Part shown: positions 23,542 to 25,530 of the stretch, in pieces
Position numbering within the stretch: the stretch's first letter is position 1
How the letters are laid out: each line of letters opens with the position of its first letter
From: a virus
Length of the DNA: 25,530 nucleotides
Direction: 5' to 3' (one strand)
IMG/VR virus record: IMGVR_UViG_2630968343_000001
Location: 1-25,530 of that record
The notes under the pieces: model-generated
Seen by the model: only the letters and a program-made list of their open reading frames with translations
Database searches by the model: none
Told to the model about the DNA's origin: nothing
Program-made: the position numbers and the translations under genes

Positions 23542-25530
23542 ATGCTTTTTGACTTCACAGGCCGTATCAGCCTAGATTACATCTTGATGGATGATGGTAC
23601 GCCCATTATTCCTGGAACCAGGCTGACTCAAGATGGAGAACTCCTTTTTGAATTTACGGACCACACCATCCCAATTTACGCTTTAACTAGTAAACTACCA
23701 CCAAAAGCTGAAGTAGGGAAACAAATATCCTATGACATTCAATTAGAATGTACTAACCAAGGAGACCCTGGAAGAGAACTTATAGTTTCAGTTCCAATCC
23801 CAGCAGGTTTCAATCTTATAAAAGCCAGTTCAAATGAAGGAACATACAATTCTACTAATGGAAAATGGACTTTAATATTAGATTCTGATGATAAAGCTTA
23901 CCTTAATCTGATTCTTTCAGGAATTACAGCGGGTTCATGGGATCAGACTATAACCCTCGATGGCACTATAACCTCAATTACTAAGAACTGTGAAGTAGTA
24001 TCTTCAGATTCAGAGGGAAGCATAGCTAGTCATAGTGTTGATTTAGCAAATTATCCTATTACATTAGCCAATATGCAAGATGGACAGACCTACACTATTG
24101 TAACATACAGTAAAGTTCACGAAACTGGTGTGACTGGAATCCATGCAGGGGTAAAAAACAATACTATTAGTGTGAGTAATGGAGTTCAGGTTATCGGGAC
24201 CAGGGCAACCATACAAGACAACATCCAGAAGATAACCTGCACATTCATCTATGATTCAAACCATGACTGCATAATAACCTGGTTTGATGAATATCAATCC
24301 ATATCAACTGCCACAGAAGACAGACATTACGGTTTATGTTTAAATGAAGGATTTGACACCAACTACTATTTACCAAAAGACTTATTATCACAGCCAACAG
24401 CCATGTTGGATGATACAGGGGCGACCGATCTGTTTTTAGAAGGAAATTCCCAAAGTGCAGAGTACATATATTCTTTTCCAGTGCCAGATATTCTCCCAGA
24501 TAATTCATTTTTTGTAGGAGTTGAAGTTTTTCTTAACAGTTTTTCACCTTCTTCGATTGAAATTTTCTTAGTAAATGATGGGGGAGAATCTTCGCAATTA
24601 AAATCTGAATTTTTTGAAGGGAGTGGAAAAGTAGAATTTGGTGATCTTGCAGACTTATGGGACTTAAAAGATACGGACATTAAAGATCATCAACTTGAAA
24701 TTCATGTCAAATTCAGCAATAACACTCTCTATCAACAAAAATTCACTTATTCCAATTTAACGTTAGTTTTATATTATATTGAAGATGAAACTGGCCAAAG
24801 TAGAGGTTTCTATCTTGATGGGGTTCATGGTAGGAACTATGGAATATTTGTTAATGGCAAGGTTGAGATAACTGAAGGGGTTAATCTTGACATTGAAACA
24901 TTAGAACTAGATAGTAGTGTTGGGGAATTAGTCACGGGTAGTAAGATTAAATCTAAAGAGTTAAAAGTTCCTTTTGAAATTTTTGGATGCTCAATTGAAG
25001 AGGCCAAAAATAGATTATCAAAAGCGGTTAGGTGGATGGCTAGCGATATAAACAGAGTGAACATTCCTATTCCCAAAAAGCTGGTTTTTGAATGGGATCC
25101 CTCGCATGAATATAATGTTGTATTGAAAGGGGATGTGGATAACGATTTTGAGTATGGATCCTATACTTGTAAAGCTGTTTTTTTGGTCCCGGATGGGTTG
25201 GTATGGTCTCAAAGTAAGACAACAGGGCCATCAGGAGTTAATTTGGGCCGGGTCCCGGTATGGCCTGTTATATATTTCCGAACTAATGGAAGTAGTCAAA
25301 TAGTTTTGACAGAATCAGTTTCAGGAGCTACATTAAAAATCAATGAAACAATCCCTGAAAACACTCTCATGGTACTTGATTGTATTAATCGCCAATTGTA
25401 TGAGATGAAAACTAATGTTTATCATACAACTGTATCATTGGACAGTGTATGGCCTCAACTAATCAAGGAATATAAATTCACTGCTACCGGGGCTGTTATC
25501 CAGAAAATTGAATACAAAGAGGGGTATTAA
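23542..25530 (+). CDS. Distal tail (Dit-like) protein with an N-terminal DUF11-like domain and additional beta-sandwich domains
   Basis: VGKQISYDIQLECTNQG...VSVPIPAGFNLIKASSNEGTYNSTNGKWTL is DUF11-like; GFYLDG...GELVTGSKIKSKELKVPFEI...KLVFEWDPSHEYNVVLKG...KAVFLVPD is Dit-like; RBS AAGGTGG. Confidence 0.7.
   Translation: MLFDFTGRISLDYILMDDGTPIIPGTRLTQDGELLFEFTDHTIPIYALTSKLPPKAEVGKQISYDIQLECTNQGDPGRELIVSVPIPAGFNLIKASSNEGTYNSTNGKWTLILDSDDKAYLNLILSGITAGSWDQTITLDGTITSITKNCEVVSSDSEGSIASHSVDLANYPITLANMQDGQTYTIVTYSKVHETGVTGIHAGVKNNTISVSNGVQVIGTRATIQDNIQKITCTFIYDSNHDCIITWFDEYQSISTATEDRHYGLCLNEGFDTNYYLPKDLLSQPTAMLDDTGATDLFLEGNSQSAEYIYSFPVPDILPDNSFFVGVEVFLNSFSPSSIEIFLVNDGGESSQLKSEFFEGSGKVEFGDLADLWDLKDTDIKDHQLEIHVKFSNNTLYQQKFTYSNLTLVLYYIEDETGQSRGFYLDGVHGRNYGIFVNGKVEITEGVNLDIETLELDSSVGELVTGSKIKSKELKVPFEIFGCSIEEAKNRLSKAVRWMASDINRVNIPIPKKLVFEWDPSHEYNVVLKGDVDNDFEYGSYTCKAVFLVPDGLVWSQSKTTGPSGVNLGRVPVWPVIYFRTNGSSQIVLTESVSGATLKINETIPENTLMVLDCINRQLYEMKTNVYHTTVSLDSVWPQLIKEYKFTATGAVIQKIEYKEGY

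Larger units (their letters stand above)
1..25530 (+). mobile_element. Part of a head-tail (siphovirus-type) archaeal virus/provirus, probably infecting Methanobacteriaceae; both ends lie outside the window
   Basis: Canonical order terS-terL-portal-MuF-protease-MCP-adaptor-neck-terminator-tube-chaperone-tape measure-Dit; no sheath gene; archaeal RBS (GGTGA) and oligo-T terminators; archaeal-type accessory domains. Confidence 0.95.

Noticed and set aside
14-25212. Numerous minus-strand and nested ORFs in the track (e.g. 14-505, 396-800, 1827-2195, 8207-8482, 14182-14535, 19183-19518, 24366-24680)
   Set aside because: They lie wholly opposite or inside well-supported genes, are Ser/Phe/Leu-rich as expected for antisense shadows, and lack RBS or motifs
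23542-25530. Diversity-generating retroelement target in the tail-tip genes
   Set aside because: No reverse transcriptase and no ~100-bp template/variable repeat pair differing at adenines were seen within the window
1-25530. Integrase, att sites, endoisopeptidase (PeiW/PeiP), methyltransferase or defence systems
   Set aside because: No diagnostic motifs found; these may lie outside the window, so provirus versus free virus cannot be decided here

Overview
The whole 25.5 kb window is a contiguous part of a tailed (siphovirus-like) virus or provirus of a methanogenic archaeon, most likely Methanobacteriaceae. Host evidence: GGTGA/GGAGG ribosome-binding sites, TATA-type promoters, oligo-T terminators, a PAS-PAS-HisKA_2 kinase, a TFIIB-type zinc ribbon and a DUF11-like domain. 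Nearly all genes are on the + strand. Left part (1-6200): small early genes, a repeat-rich candidate origin/operator region, an RHH plus double winged-helix protein, an OB-fold SSB-like protein, a double Myb/SANT-like protein, an orphan histidine kinase, and two adjacent genes resembling the two halves of transcription factor B (cyclin fold; zinc ribbon). Middle (6200-7500): a strongly structured non-coding element, small membrane proteins and an unannotated minus-strand YjzC-like gene. Right part (7511-25530): terminase small and large subunits, portal, a MuF head protein with a C-terminal HExxH metallopeptidase and a coupled candidate immunity gene, morons, XkdF-like prohead protease, major capsid, head-tail and tail-completion genes, tail tube, tail chaperone with a probable +1 frameshift, tape measure, three small genes, and a Dit-like protein with an adhesin-like N-terminus. 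No integrase, att site, endolysin, CRISPR array, tRNA or rRNA is visible. All family assignments are from motif recognition by eye, not from database searches.
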